Virus genome (UHGV): UHGV-1375174
Strand: one strand, 5' to 3'
Length of the DNA stretch: 63,697 nucleotides
DNA from: a virus
Both the position numbers and the translations under genes were made by a program. Position 1 is the stretch's first letter. Each line of letters opens with the position of its first letter. The notes beneath the pieces are model-generated. The model made no database searches. It was given only the letters and a program-made list of their open reading frames with translations, and was not told where the DNA came from. Shown in pieces: positions 19,453 through 30,037 of the stretch.

Positions 19453-21003
19453 ATGAACAACTACGGATACTTCCCTACATATACTACAATGTTGCCTATC
19501 TACCAAACGGTGCTGGGTAACTACGGTATAGGTGGTAGCAGTACTCAAGGTAACTCTAGTCGTAATAAATGGTATAACAATCAAAACCGTTTCTCTAACC
19601 AGCAGTCTTCTTCCGATAAGGAGAAGGCTAACAAAGGTACTACTCTAGGTAAAGAGTTTACCGGTGGTGATGGACGAGATGGTTTTGGTGGTGGTACTGC
19701 GGGTGGTTCTTCTAGCAAGGGTAATGATGCTGGCCCCTCTAATAAGGGGCATAGCTTCACTGACAAGCAAGCTATGGATGCTGCTATGTCTGGCTTTGGT
19801 CAGATGGGACTAGATGCTGCTACTAAGACTGGACTTGCTCTTGGTTTGAACGCACCTGTTAATGCTGCCTTGAACTTTGGCTTGTCTGGTATTCCCGGTA
19901 GTCTTGCAGGTACTGTAGGACAAATTGGTGCTGCTTCTCTTGGTATGACTACAGGTACAACGATGGGTTCTATGGCCTTTGGTGCACTGGGTGGTTTACT
20001 TGGTGGCCCTATTGGTGGAATGCTTGGTGGACTTGTAGGCCCCACGATTGGTGGTTTGCTTGCTGATGCCTTTGACGCACGTGCAGAAGAACCTACACGT
20101 GATGTCATGGAAGATACCTTTGGTCAGATTACTGGTCGTCAGATTGGTGCAGCTTACGTTAACAACATTGCTACACATAACATGGACATGGCTACAATCA
20201 ACGACATGTCTCTTGCTCAGGCTATCAATGATGCCATTGCTGGTTCTAAGTCTTTGAGTCCTAACGCTGTAGCTAATGCAACCGCTGCTGTAAACAACTC
20301 TATCGGTATGGCTAATCCTACTTCTTCTTGGGGTAGAGATATGGTTGGCCCTGTTGCTTCTGCTTATGCTGGTGCTATGGCTAGCCTTGGCGATCTTGGT
20401 ATGGATACTGGTTCCTTTGGTGGAGACAGCAAGGGAGGCTTTGCAAGTACTGGTTCCTTTGGTGGTATTGGTACTGACCAAGGTGGTTTTGGTACAGGTG
20501 TTGGTGGTGCCATAGGCGGTGGTGCTATGTCTCATGGTGCAACCCAAGGTAACTTCGGCGGTATTGGTGGCTTTGGTAGTGTAAATGATTCTGGTCTTTC
20601 TGGTATTGGCGGTGTAAGTTCTAGTACTGCTGCTGATACAGCTGCTTCTACGTCTGCTGCTGAATCTGATACTGCTGGTGGCACAGCTACTGGTGGTACA
20701 AGTGAAGGTACTGACTCTGGTACTACTGGTGAAGGTGGTGCTAACGAAGGTAATGATGCCGGTAACGACTCTGGTGACAACGGCTCTACCGGTAATGATG
20801 GCGATTCCGGTGGTAGTGGCGGAGACGGTAACGGTGGTGGTTTTGGCAACGACGGCGGCGGAGGCAGTGGTGGCGACGGAGATAACAATGGTGGCCCCAA
20901 TGGTGGCTCCGATAGCCAAGGTACCGGTGAAGGACAAGCTGGTGACGGCACTGGTTCTGGAGCCAACGGTCAGAACGATGGTGGCGATGATGGTGGCTGG
21001 TAA
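19453..21003 (+). CDS. Gly/Ser/Thr-rich low-complexity virion protein (516 aa)
   Basis: GGAGGTGGAAGTAA ATG. Long GGxGG stretches and an acidic Gly/Asp-rich C-terminus. The antisense ORF 19996-21114 is a shadow. Confidence 0.5.
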   Translation: MNNYGYFPTYTTMLPIYQTVLGNYGIGGSSTQGNSSRNKWYNNQNRFSNQQSSSDKEKANKGTTLGKEFTGGDGRDGFGGGTAGGSSSKGNDAGPSNKGHSFTDKQAMDAAMSGFGQMGLDAATKTGLALGLNAPVNAALNFGLSGIPGSLAGTVGQIGAASLGMTTGTTMGSMAFGALGGLLGGPIGGMLGGLVGPTIGGLLADAFDARAEEPTRDVMEDTFGQITGRQIGAAYVNNIATHNMDMATINDMSLAQAINDAIAGSKSLSPNAVANATAAVNNSIGMANPTSSWGRDMVGPVASAYAGAMASLGDLGMDTGSFGGDSKGGFASTGSFGGIGTDQGGFGTGVGGAIGGGAMSHGATQGNFGGIGGFGSVNDSGLSGIGGVSSSTAADTAASTSAAESDTAGGTATGGTSEGTDSGTTGEGGANEGNDAGNDSGDNGSTGNDGDSGGSGGDGNGGGFGNDGGGGSGGDGDNNGGPNGGSDSQGTGEGQAGDGTGSGANGQNDGGDDGGW

Positions 21004-21028
21004 GCCAAACATACAAGGAAAATAAACA

Positions 21029-21850
21029 ATGGGACTTTTTGATAACTGGTCTTGGGGTGATACATGGAGTGCTCTTGGTACTGTAGGTAATCTTGCAGCT
21101 ACCGGGTACGACATTTACTCCGGCATTAAATCAGCAAACCAAGCGTCAAAGTATGCTGACCTTGCGTTTGGCTCTATCGAGAAACAGGACGAGTACGCTT
21201 CCGAAGCTTGGCAGAGACAGAAAGAAAAGTACTGGCCTCTTGAAGATTTGAATATTCAGTATAGTATGGAAGATCTTCAAACGCTTAGACCTCTAGGTCA
21301 AGCACAAGCACAGTACGCAGTAGACAGAGGTCTTGCTGACATCCAGCAACAGCGAGAACTTGATCCTCTTTATAGAGATACTGAGAAGTCTGTTATTCGT
21401 AAGCTCACTGAAGGTGAGGATGTCATTCGTGACAGGCTTATGAATCAAGCTACTGCTGACGTAGCTGCTGGTTATGCACAGCAGCGTGAGCAGGATACCC
21501 GTGCTATGGGCATGGCTGGTATCAACGCTAACTCTGGTGCCTTCTCTAACTATATGAACCGCATGGGTTCTCAGCAGGCACTGTCTGAAGCTATGGGTAG
21601 AACTCAGGCTTCTCGTCAAGCTGAAGATCTTGCTCTGTCTCGTCAGTCACAGGCACTTAACTATCGTAAGGGTGCTTCTTTGCAAACGTATCAGGCTACT
21701 CCTTCAGTGAACAGTTCTTCTATTCTCTCTGGTCTTGGTAGTGCTGGTGGTAGTTCTGCTAACCTTGCTGGTATGTATAATCAACAGGCACAGAACAGTT
21801 GGGCTGGTGCTGCTCGTGGTCTGCAATATCTCACTGGAGGTAATGTGTAA
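21029..21850 (+). CDS. Hypothetical structural protein (273 aa)
   Basis: AGGAAAATAAACA ATG. Confidence 0.45.
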   Translation: MGLFDNWSWGDTWSALGTVGNLAATGYDIYSGIKSANQASKYADLAFGSIEKQDEYASEAWQRQKEKYWPLEDLNIQYSMEDLQTLRPLGQAQAQYAVDRGLADIQQQRELDPLYRDTEKSVIRKLTEGEDVIRDRLMNQATADVAAGYAQQREQDTRAMGMAGINANSGAFSNYMNRMGSQQALSEAMGRTQASRQAEDLALSRQSQALNYRKGASLQTYQATPSVNSSSILSGLGSAGGSSANLAGMYNQQAQNSWAGAARGLQYLTGGNV

Positions 21851-23001
21851 TGCCTTCTATCGGACTTGCACTACATGCTGGTCGTCAGATGTGGGAAAGC
21901 GAACGTAAGGAAAAAGAAACCAACGATCGCTTCCTTGCTGAACGTAAGCTCTTTGATGCACAGCTTAAGGAACAAGAAGCTGCTGCTGAATATTTGAATC
22001 AGGCTAATGAACAAGCACGGTCTGCAAAGAAGTCTATTCTTAACAACCGTGAACGTATCCTTATCGGTGACCCTACTGGTACTGCTAACGTACTGAGAGA
22101 CACTGTATACCGTGACTTTGATGGTAAGGTTACTGTTGACCCTACGACTAAGGAAGTTATCATCATAGATAAAGATGGTAAGGAAGTAGGTAGACAGCAG
22201 CCCCTTATGGGTATGGATGGTGTTGCTAAGTTGATGCAGCTTGGTAATACGATTGACCAGACCTATGCAGCTAATGTTGCAGCTCAGCAGACTGCTCAAC
22301 AGCGCGCTTATGAAATGACTAAGATGCGTGAAGAGAAGGGCTTTGACTACAAGAAGGCTGTTGATGTTGCAGGCATCGGTGCTAACGCTACTCTTGGTGC
22401 TGCTTCTATGGGAGCTAATGCTACCCTTGGAGCTGCTGGTATCAAAGCTGGTGCTGATAGGTACAAGGCTGAACTTGAGGCTGATACTCGTCTACGTGCT
22501 GCTCAGATGGAGAACATTGAGAAGCTTGATAGATCTAAGTGGGCTCAGGCTGTAAGCGTTGCTACTGGTAAGGCTCCTACAATTGACTCTGCTACGAATA
22601 ATCTTATCCTGCCTCAGATGACTCCTGAACAAGAAGTTGCTGCTCTGAATACGTACACGGGTATGACTTCTATACAAGGTAGGCTTGGCCCTCGTACTAC
22701 AATTCCTTATGCGTTCAATGAACAAGTAGTGTACGGTAACTCTCCTACTGCGCAGAACACGCAGGGTATGTTTGACCAAGTTATAGGTATGCCTGTTGGT
22801 GTTCCTGCTCTTACTTTCAATACTGGTCTTTCTGGCGTTCAGGGTAATCCTTACAATAACTTTGGCTTCAACTTTGGAGGCCAGCAGCTTGGTGCTGTTC
22901 AACTCTCTGTAGATCAGCAGGCACAGACAGCTGCCGCTGCTGAGGCTGCAAGGCAGGCTAGAGTTCTTGAACAAGCTCGTGCTTATGGTTTTATACGTTA
23001 A
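21850..23001 (+). CDS. Hypothetical structural protein (383 aa), Ala/Gln-rich
   Basis: TAATG coupling to the upstream gene. Low-complexity Ala/Gln-rich regions. Confidence 0.45.
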   Translation: MPSIGLALHAGRQMWESERKEKETNDRFLAERKLFDAQLKEQEAAAEYLNQANEQARSAKKSILNNRERILIGDPTGTANVLRDTVYRDFDGKVTVDPTTKEVIIIDKDGKEVGRQQPLMGMDGVAKLMQLGNTIDQTYAANVAAQQTAQQRAYEMTKMREEKGFDYKKAVDVAGIGANATLGAASMGANATLGAAGIKAGADRYKAELEADTRLRAAQMENIEKLDRSKWAQAVSVATGKAPTIDSATNNLILPQMTPEQEVAALNTYTGMTSIQGRLGPRTTIPYAFNEQVVYGNSPTAQNTQGMFDQVIGMPVGVPALTFNTGLSGVQGNPYNNFGFNFGGQQLGAVQLSVDQQAQTAAAAEAARQARVLEQARAYGFIR

Positions 23002-23054
23002 CTAATTAAAGGCCCTTAGAATCGAAATATGGGCCAAAGAAAGGTATTCTAGTT

Positions 23055-26000
23055 ATGGCACTGGATGGTGTTTTGAATACGGATGTTTCTGCAGCACAAG
23101 CGTATGCTGCTGCACAGGCTGCACCTATCTCTTCTGGTGTACAGCCCTATAGTGTTGTGATGGTTCCCGGTCTTACTGAGCAAGGGCCATTGCAAGACGT
23201 TCTTGCTCAGCAGGCTGCGTACCCACGTCAGCAGTTTACGACTAGTGTTCCTGTAGGTAGTGGTGCACCGAGAAGGGCAGCTCCTGCCGTAAGTGCTCAG
23301 CCTACGTTCTCTTCCTTTGAGCAGGAGATGCCTGCTTATGGTGGTTACTCTCAACCGTTTGAGTATCAAGAACCGAAGCCAGAACATGGTGAATATGTAA
23401 AGGGTTTCCTTCGTTCTATTCCTCAGACACAAGCTCTTGTTGCTGCTGGTGGTGCTGCTCTTGCTGACCTTATGGGTCATGAACAGACTGCTGGTGATTT
23501 GATGTACTATGCACAACAGAAGCAAGAAGAAGCACAAGCTCCTGAACTGAAAGCTGCTGTTGAATCTTACAAAGACGTAGACAGCATCCAGAAGTTTGGT
23601 GATTACTTTGCTAGTCTTCTTGGTGAACAGACGTTGAATGTAGGTATGTCTCTGGCTAGTGGTGGCGTAGGTGCTGCTGCGGGTAAGAGAGTACTTGCTG
23701 GTGCTTTGTCTGGTGCTATTGAAAAGAAGACTGCTCAGCTTGTAGCTTCTGGTGTTGCTGAAGCTGAGGCTCGTGCTGCTGCTACTAAAGCTGTGACCGC
23801 TACTGTTGGTGCACAGATTGGTGCAATGGCTCCTGAGTTTGTACTGAACACTGGTGAGAACTACTCTGGTAACTATGCTGAGGGAGGGCTACTTACTTCT
23901 AATCCCGGCATGGATATTGGTACTGGTATCTTGCAGTCTGCTGTTACACTGCTTGGCGGTGAAAGTCAACTGCTTCGTAAGATGACTGGTGTTAAGGTAC
24001 CTGACTCTGTTGAACGTTCCTTTAAGGAAAAGCTCAAGGCTTCTGCGTTGTCTCTGCCCAAGGCCATGATTGGTGAAGGTGCGGAAGAATACACACAGGA
24101 ATGGTTAGGTGCAGTAAACAGCATGATTCAGGACGGACGTGCTCAGCTTACTGCTGATGACTTCGACCGTATGATGGAAGCTGGTATTGCTGGTGCTCTT
24201 GTTGGTTCTGCCTCTGGTGGAGCTAGCGTTATGGTTGACATGTTCAAGCATTCACCTAAGACAGACATTCCGTATGTTAACCCAGACCAGACGCCTCTTG
24301 AACTTCAGACTAAGTTTGAAGAAGAGCTGACTAAGATTGATCCCTTCACTCAGATTTCTAAGGGTGAAGGCATCATGCGTGATGCTATTCGTGTAGAAGC
24401 ACAGAAGGCTGTAGCTGCTTCTGAAGAATCTTTTGCTCGTGCTCGTAATCCTATTGTCAATGCTTTGCGTAAGACAAAGGATGAATTGACTACTGCTCGT
24501 GCAGGTACGTCTCCTAAGTATGCTCTGCTTGCTACGCAAGAAGCAAAGGATGCGTATGTTAAGAAGCTTGAACGTGACCAGCAGAAGTATGCTGCTCAGC
24601 TTGCACGTCTTGCTCAGGCACAGCGTGAAGACATCAAGCAGCGTAAGCAACAGTTTGAAAAAGATCTCTCTGAGTCTGATAAGAAGGCTCGTAAGGCTTT
24701 CCGTGAAACTGTAACAGAACGCTTTAAGAATCTTGGCTACGATACCAACCTTACAGCTGAACAGATTGTTGATGACCGTAGGTATCAGGAAGCTTTGTTT
24801 AAGAAAGACCCGGTCAAGTACACTGAGATTATAAACAGCATTCAAGATACTCAGCAGTACGTACAGCGTAAGCTCAACCGTGCTGATGAACATATGTCTA
24901 AGTTGCAGGCACGTAAGGGTGAATACAATGTATTCCTTGAACTCCTGCTGCAGAATGCTATTCCGTATAATGATCGTCAGTATGAGTTTGTTACAAGTGA
25001 GCTTGCTCGTATTGACAAAGAGCTTGCACAGACAAATAGATTGAAGGCAGAAGTTAGAAAGTCTGCTGTCAACCTTGCTCGCTCTGCTGCACGTTCACAG
25101 GACTTGTCCGAGATTCAGACGAACATGGACGCCTTGTTTGCTAAGGCAGACAGGCTTGACCCTGCTGTTCCTTTTGAACTTGACTTGCGTAAGCAGTTGA
25201 AGGATCTCTCAGATAAGGAAACACAGGAACGTATTGATGCTTTGCTTAAGAATGCACGTGCTCTGCGTAGTACAGCTAAGCTGACCAACGATCCTACCTA
25301 TACGTGGGATGCAGACTTTGCTGACTGGCAAGCTGCACAGATGGGCACATCTAATCAGCAAGCTGCTCTGCCTAGTGCTGATGCTTTCTCACAAAGGTAC
25401 GGTGCTCTTCAGCAGAATGTTGCTCTTGAACAAGCTGCTGCTCTAAACAATCAGGTTGATCTTGATAGGGTTGCTGCTGACCAGTACATGCGTAACATGA
25501 TTGCTGAACAACAGCAGCGTGCATATGAAGCTTCTCCTGCATATCAAGCACAGCTTAAGGTAGCTCAAGATAAGGCTAGCTATGATAATGCTTTGGACGG
25601 TAACATCCCTGAGCGTCAAGCTATTCCTCAAGAGACTTCTCAAGCTCGTCGTGACCTTGAAGCTGAACAGCTCAAGCGTATGTACAAGCAAGAGCAACGG
25701 TCTAAGCAGATTCGTAACAACATTGAAACACAGCGCCAGTCCTTTGAACGGTACACCCAGCAGGAAAAGGAAGTAGACTTCCAGCTTGCTGCTGAAGCTA
25801 CTCAGCAAGTGTACGACTGGATGAAGAACACGTTGACTCAGCTTCCCGGTCTAAAGGATGTTGTATCTATTTGTTCTTCTGTTACTGATAGTAATGTACC
25901 TACTGCTGTGCATGATGCTTTGGTTAATCTGTCCTTTAAGAACACAGATAAGAAAGCTATCCCGCAGGCAGTATACTGCGACGGGAAGATCTATGTGTTC

Positions 26001-29000
26001 GCTGACCGAGTAAAGTCTAAGGCACAAGCAGTACGTCTGCTTATGCACGAAGGTGTTGCTCACTATGGTCTGCGTGCTATAATGACTCCTCGACAGTTTA
26101 CTGGGTTCATGGCTGCTGTCTATCGTGACGCTTATGGTACTCCTCTGTGGAAAGAGTTTGAACGTCAGCGTCCTGCATACGAGAACGCTAATGACCTTGT
26201 TCGTACAGAAGAGTTCATTGCTTGGATAGCTGAGCGTGAGTCTCCTAAGTCTTTACTTGAACGACTTCCTGTTATTCGTGACCTGTACAAGTTTATTCGT
26301 AAGTTGTATCAGAAGTTGTTTGGTGTAGATGGTTATGTTACTGAAGCTGATGTCAAGGATGTCCTTGCTGCTTCTGCACAGAACCTTGCCAGCAATAAGC
26401 CTCAAGGTGTTTCTTCTAACTACACTATCTGGGGTCGTGCTACGTACATGAGCACAGCTTTGAATGATGTTGCTCCTCAGTACGAACGTGTTGACCTTGT
26501 AGGTGCAGATGATTTCTCTGCTCCATATGGTTGGGGAACTTACTTCTCTAATCCTATGAAGCTTGCTGAGTACTACAAGAGATTCAACAACAAGCAGTCT
26601 GGTCTTCCCGGACAGGTCTACAAGAACTACGCTCCTTCCTTTGAGCAGTTCATGAACTGGGAACGTCCTCTGTCTGAACAAAGATATGTTGCAGAACATC
26701 TTAATCGTTTGTTTAAACAGATGCCTCCTCAGCAGATTCCTGCACAGGATGGTATGCATATCCAGTTCTTGGGTAAAGACATTGGTGTCTTCCTTGATAA
26801 GAATGAACTTACTCAGTTTATGAAGAACAAGGGTTATCTTGAACGTGTGACTGGACAGGATGTATACGAATACCTTGTGTCTCAGTCTAACAACACTAAG
26901 CAGATCTCTAGTATGCTGAGAGACTTGGGTGTGGCTGGTACTACCTTTAACTATAACAATGCCCAGAGCTATTGTTTGTTTGAAGGCGATAACATCAGTC
27001 ATACTACTCCTGCGTATAGTTCTCCTGAAGTTCGCTTCATGGTGGATGAAGATACTACCTACACTGATATGCCTCCTCTCTATCTTGAAGAGTGGAAGCG
27101 TGCACAGATGAACCAGCAGACATGGACTGACCGTATGGTTAAGATCAAGAACACTGGCAAGTCTGTGGGTATGGATGGTAAGATCATTCCGCATACTGGG
27201 TTTGAAAGATTTGTAGAAGGCATGTATGACAAGTACCGTCGTATTCAGATTGTGCAAAGGTACATTAAGGATACGATTGGTAAGAATGTTATCGCTCCTG
27301 CTACAAACATCTACCGTCATATGACTGGTATGGTGAATAGAATTAACAGCATTCGCACTGATATTATGAATCAGCGGATTGCACCGCTTTGTGAACAGAT
27401 TGGTAAGCTTGATATTCCTGCTGTAAAGGAAGCTCTTGATGACCTGCGTAAGGCTGGTCGTAAGGTTACTGAGCAGGACAGAGTGAATGCTACTTGGTCT
27501 GCCCTTGATGAGTTCCTTCTGGCTCGACATGCGTTGGAACGTAACGCTGAAGTCAACAGGCGGTACCGTGGTAAGAATAAGTTAGAGTCTCCCTCTGGTC
27601 TTTCTGACCAGCAGGCACAAGCTATCATTGACAAGTACTCTGATGTGCCGGGTATGAATGAGATTGCTGCACAGTTTGACCAGCTTGGTAGATACCATCT
27701 GGACATGCTGGACAAGTATCGTATTGTACCTAAGACTCTTACTGATAAGCTCCGTGCTACCTATAAGCACTATGTCCCGTTGAAGAACTGGGAAGAGTTC
27801 ATTGACGATCTTGATCCTGACTATGCACACAAGAGATCAAAGGCTGGTATTTCTGTTGGTGGTCGGGAGTTGTTGAAGAAGGCGAAGGGGCGGGAAGGTC
27901 TTGCAGAAAGTCCTTCTACACACTTGATGTTGCAGATCATGGATACTGTAAACATCGGTGAGAAGAACGATGTGTCTCGTCGTCTGCTTAACCTCGTTCG
28001 AGAAGTTCCTAACGAAGACCTGTGGGAAATCGCTACGGATAAGAATGAGAAGGGACAGCCATACTTCCGTATGTCTGAGAAGGGGGATGGTACTCTTTAC
28101 TATGTGAGGAAGTCACATGGTCTTGAGGGTGAAGGGCACAAGTTCATCAACGTGATTGATGATAAGGGTAACCGTGTTCGTATTGCTATTAAGGACGTAG
28201 CTCTTGCTGCTGCTTTGCGTAACGAGAACACTGTTGAAACAGGTGCAGTCATTAACTTCATTCGTAAGATGACTCAGAAGTTCTCTGCTTTGTTAACTAC
28301 GTATAACCCTGTGTTCGCTATCAAGAACTATCCTCGTGATATTCAGACTGCTATCTTTAACGTAGGTAATGTAATCTCTGAGGCACAGGCAAACAACTTG
28401 CTTGGCAAAGAGAACAACATTCGTCAGCGTATCATTAAGGATGCTACCTCTTTCCGTATGGTTAAGTTCCTCTGGTCAGAGATGAACGGTAAGGAATATA
28501 CTGGTAAGGATGCAGCGTACCTTAAGGAAATGTATAAGAACTTTGTAGACTTTGGTGGGCATACTCGTATGTTCCTTGCTAATGACTACAAGACTATGTA
28601 CAAGGATGTACGTGAACTGTCAAAGCAGAAGGGTAACCTTCGTAAGACTCTTGACGGTGCTCTTAAGTATCTGGATACTATCTCTGATGTATCTGAAAAT
28701 GCTACTCGGTTCTCTGTGTTCGTTGCTCTGACACAAGAGTTTGACAATCATATTGCTCAGGAAGCTAAGCGTAATGGTTGGTCAGCTCAGCAGATGCAAG
28801 AGATGATGGATACTGCACACCAACGTGCAGCTAACGAAGCTCTGGAGATCACAGTTAACTTTACTCGTAAGGGTTCGTGGGCTCCTCTCTTCAACAGTTT
28901 GTGGGCATTCTCTTCTGCTAACATCGGTGGTAACGTGCGTATCTTGCGTAACCTCTGGAGGCGTGGAGATAGCTTTGCAAACAACGCAAAGAGAACCGCT

Positions 29001-30035
29001 GCTTTCATGGCTTATTCAGTAGCTTGTGGTATTCCACATGCACTACTGTGTAGGTGGCTTATGGGTGATGATGACGATGGTGTAAGTAAGTATGATAAGA
29101 TTCCTGACTATATCAAGGACAGTAACTTTATTATACCTGCACCTTTTGGTGATGGTGGTTATGTAAAGATCCCGTTGCCGTACGGTTATAATATCTTTTG
29201 GGTAGCTGCAAATGCTATGGAAGGTGTAATCAGCGGACGCACCAAGCCTTCCTCTGCCGCTGCTAAAATCTTTGGTGCTTCATTTGATAACTTCAATCCT
29301 ACTGGTGGAGCTTCCATGTTGAACTTCTTGCCTACTATCTTCCGTCCTATCGGTGAAGTAGTAGCTAATCAGAACAGCTTTGGTTATGCTCTTATGCCTG
29401 AAAGTACACATAGCTTTAAGGGTGAAGTACCTGACAGTCAGAAGTACTGGGGTACTAATCCTATGTGGTGTCGTGCTGTGGCAGAGACACTGAACTCTTG
29501 GACATTTGGGTCTAAGGTTGAAAAGGGTTGGATTGATGTGTCTCCTGAAACCATCCAGCATCTTACTGAATCGTATATGGGTGGACTTGGTAGGGTAGTC
29601 ACACAAGCTCTTGGCATGTTGACTTCTCCTGTTACTGGTGCTCCTATTGAGTTGAAGAATGTACCTATTGCTAACTCTTTCTTCGGTAAGGTTGGTTATG
29701 GTGATACACTTAATGAGTACAGCAAGATTCGGAATAAGATGCAGACTGGCTTGAATGAACTTGAGCTTGCACAGAAGGATACAACTCTTTCTCCTGATGA
29801 ACGTACTGAGATTAGAAACAAGAACAGAACTATTCAGCAGCTCAAGGGTAGATATGATTCTATCAATGCTCGCTTGAATAGCGTTCGCAAGCTTGAGAAG
29901 TTGAATGAAAAGAACAACAAGTCTACGGGTACTAAGTTCTACGAAGAAAAGGAAAAGCTGCAGAAGCGCAGAGAATTTTTGATGAAGGAACTTACTCGTG
30001 TGGCTAAGCAGTCAGGTCTTGACTATAGGGATTAA
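23055..30035 (+). CDS. Giant virion-module protein (2326 aa) with an HExxH (zincin-like) motif and extensive coiled coils
   Basis: A single uninterrupted ORF of 6.98 kb. LLMHEGVAHYGL (HExxH) lies near residue 1000. There are long helical, charged K/E/Q/A-rich segments. It is the last large gene of the structural operon. Confidence 0.6.
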   Translation: MALDGVLNTDVSAAQAYAAAQAAPISSGVQPYSVVMVPGLTEQGPLQDVLAQQAAYPRQQFTTSVPVGSGAPRRAAPAVSAQPTFSSFEQEMPAYGGYSQPFEYQEPKPEHGEYVKGFLRSIPQTQALVAAGGAALADLMGHEQTAGDLMYYAQQKQEEAQAPELKAAVESYKDVDSIQKFGDYFASLLGEQTLNVGMSLASGGVGAAAGKRVLAGALSGAIEKKTAQLVASGVAEAEARAAATKAVTATVGAQIGAMAPEFVLNTGENYSGNYAEGGLLTSNPGMDIGTGILQSAVTLLGGESQLLRKMTGVKVPDSVERSFKEKLKASALSLPKAMIGEGAEEYTQEWLGAVNSMIQDGRAQLTADDFDRMMEAGIAGALVGSASGGASVMVDMFKHSPKTDIPYVNPDQTPLELQTKFEEELTKIDPFTQISKGEGIMRDAIRVEAQKAVAASEESFARARNPIVNALRKTKDELTTARAGTSPKYALLATQEAKDAYVKKLERDQQKYAAQLARLAQAQREDIKQRKQQFEKDLSESDKKARKAFRETVTERFKNLGYDTNLTAEQIVDDRRYQEALFKKDPVKYTEIINSIQDTQQYVQRKLNRADEHMSKLQARKGEYNVFLELLLQNAIPYNDRQYEFVTSELARIDKELAQTNRLKAEVRKSAVNLARSAARSQDLSEIQTNMDALFAKADRLDPAVPFELDLRKQLKDLSDKETQERIDALLKNARALRSTAKLTNDPTYTWDADFADWQAAQMGTSNQQAALPSADAFSQRYGALQQNVALEQAAALNNQVDLDRVAADQYMRNMIAEQQQRAYEASPAYQAQLKVAQDKASYDNALDGNIPERQAIPQETSQARRDLEAEQLKRMYKQEQRSKQIRNNIETQRQSFERYTQQEKEVDFQLAAEATQQVYDWMKNTLTQLPGLKDVVSICSSVTDSNVPTAVHDALVNLSFKNTDKKAIPQAVYCDGKIYVFADRVKSKAQAVRLLMHEGVAHYGLRAIMTPRQFTGFMAAVYRDAYGTPLWKEFERQRPAYENANDLVRTEEFIAWIAERESPKSLLERLPVIRDLYKFIRKLYQKLFGVDGYVTEADVKDVLAASAQNLASNKPQGVSSNYTIWGRATYMSTALNDVAPQYERVDLVGADDFSAPYGWGTYFSNPMKLAEYYKRFNNKQSGLPGQVYKNYAPSFEQFMNWERPLSEQRYVAEHLNRLFKQMPPQQIPAQDGMHIQFLGKDIGVFLDKNELTQFMKNKGYLERVTGQDVYEYLVSQSNNTKQISSMLRDLGVAGTTFNYNNAQSYCLFEGDNISHTTPAYSSPEVRFMVDEDTTYTDMPPLYLEEWKRAQMNQQTWTDRMVKIKNTGKSVGMDGKIIPHTGFERFVEGMYDKYRRIQIVQRYIKDTIGKNVIAPATNIYRHMTGMVNRINSIRTDIMNQRIAPLCEQIGKLDIPAVKEALDDLRKAGRKVTEQDRVNATWSALDEFLLARHALERNAEVNRRYRGKNKLESPSGLSDQQAQAIIDKYSDVPGMNEIAAQFDQLGRYHLDMLDKYRIVPKTLTDKLRATYKHYVPLKNWEEFIDDLDPDYAHKRSKAGISVGGRELLKKAKGREGLAESPSTHLMLQIMDTVNIGEKNDVSRRLLNLVREVPNEDLWEIATDKNEKGQPYFRMSEKGDGTLYYVRKSHGLEGEGHKFINVIDDKGNRVRIAIKDVALAAALRNENTVETGAVINFIRKMTQKFSALLTTYNPVFAIKNYPRDIQTAIFNVGNVISEAQANNLLGKENNIRQRIIKDATSFRMVKFLWSEMNGKEYTGKDAAYLKEMYKNFVDFGGHTRMFLANDYKTMYKDVRELSKQKGNLRKTLDGALKYLDTISDVSENATRFSVFVALTQEFDNHIAQEAKRNGWSAQQMQEMMDTAHQRAANEALEITVNFTRKGSWAPLFNSLWAFSSANIGGNVRILRNLWRRGDSFANNAKRTAAFMAYSVACGIPHALLCRWLMGDDDDGVSKYDKIPDYIKDSNFIIPAPFGDGGYVKIPLPYGYNIFWVAANAMEGVISGRTKPSSAAAKIFGASFDNFNPTGGASMLNFLPTIFRPIGEVVANQNSFGYALMPESTHSFKGEVPDSQKYWGTNPMWCRAVAETLNSWTFGSKVEKGWIDVSPETIQHLTESYMGGLGRVVTQALGMLTSPVTGAPIELKNVPIANSFFGKVGYGDTLNEYSKIRNKMQTGLNELELAQKDTTLSPDERTEIRNKNRTIQQLKGRYDSINARLNSVRKLEKLNEKNNKSTGTKFYEEKEKLQKRREFLMKELTRVAKQSGLDYRD

Positions 30036-30037
30036 CT

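Noticed and set aside
19996-21114. 372-aa minus-strand ORF, and the Pro-rich 20532-20966 ORF opposite the Gly-rich gene
   Set aside because: They are reverse-complement artefacts of GGT-rich coding (Thr/Pro/Ala runs).
26253-27530. 425-aa minus-strand ORF inside the 2326-aa gene
   Set aside because: It is antisense to a continuous 7-kb plus-strand ORF. The composition is junk-like.
23055-30035. A lytic transglycosylase or lysozyme domain in the giant protein
   Set aside because: I could not locate a convincing catalytic Glu-Ser or E-x-D-T motif by eye. Only the HExxH motif is supportable.
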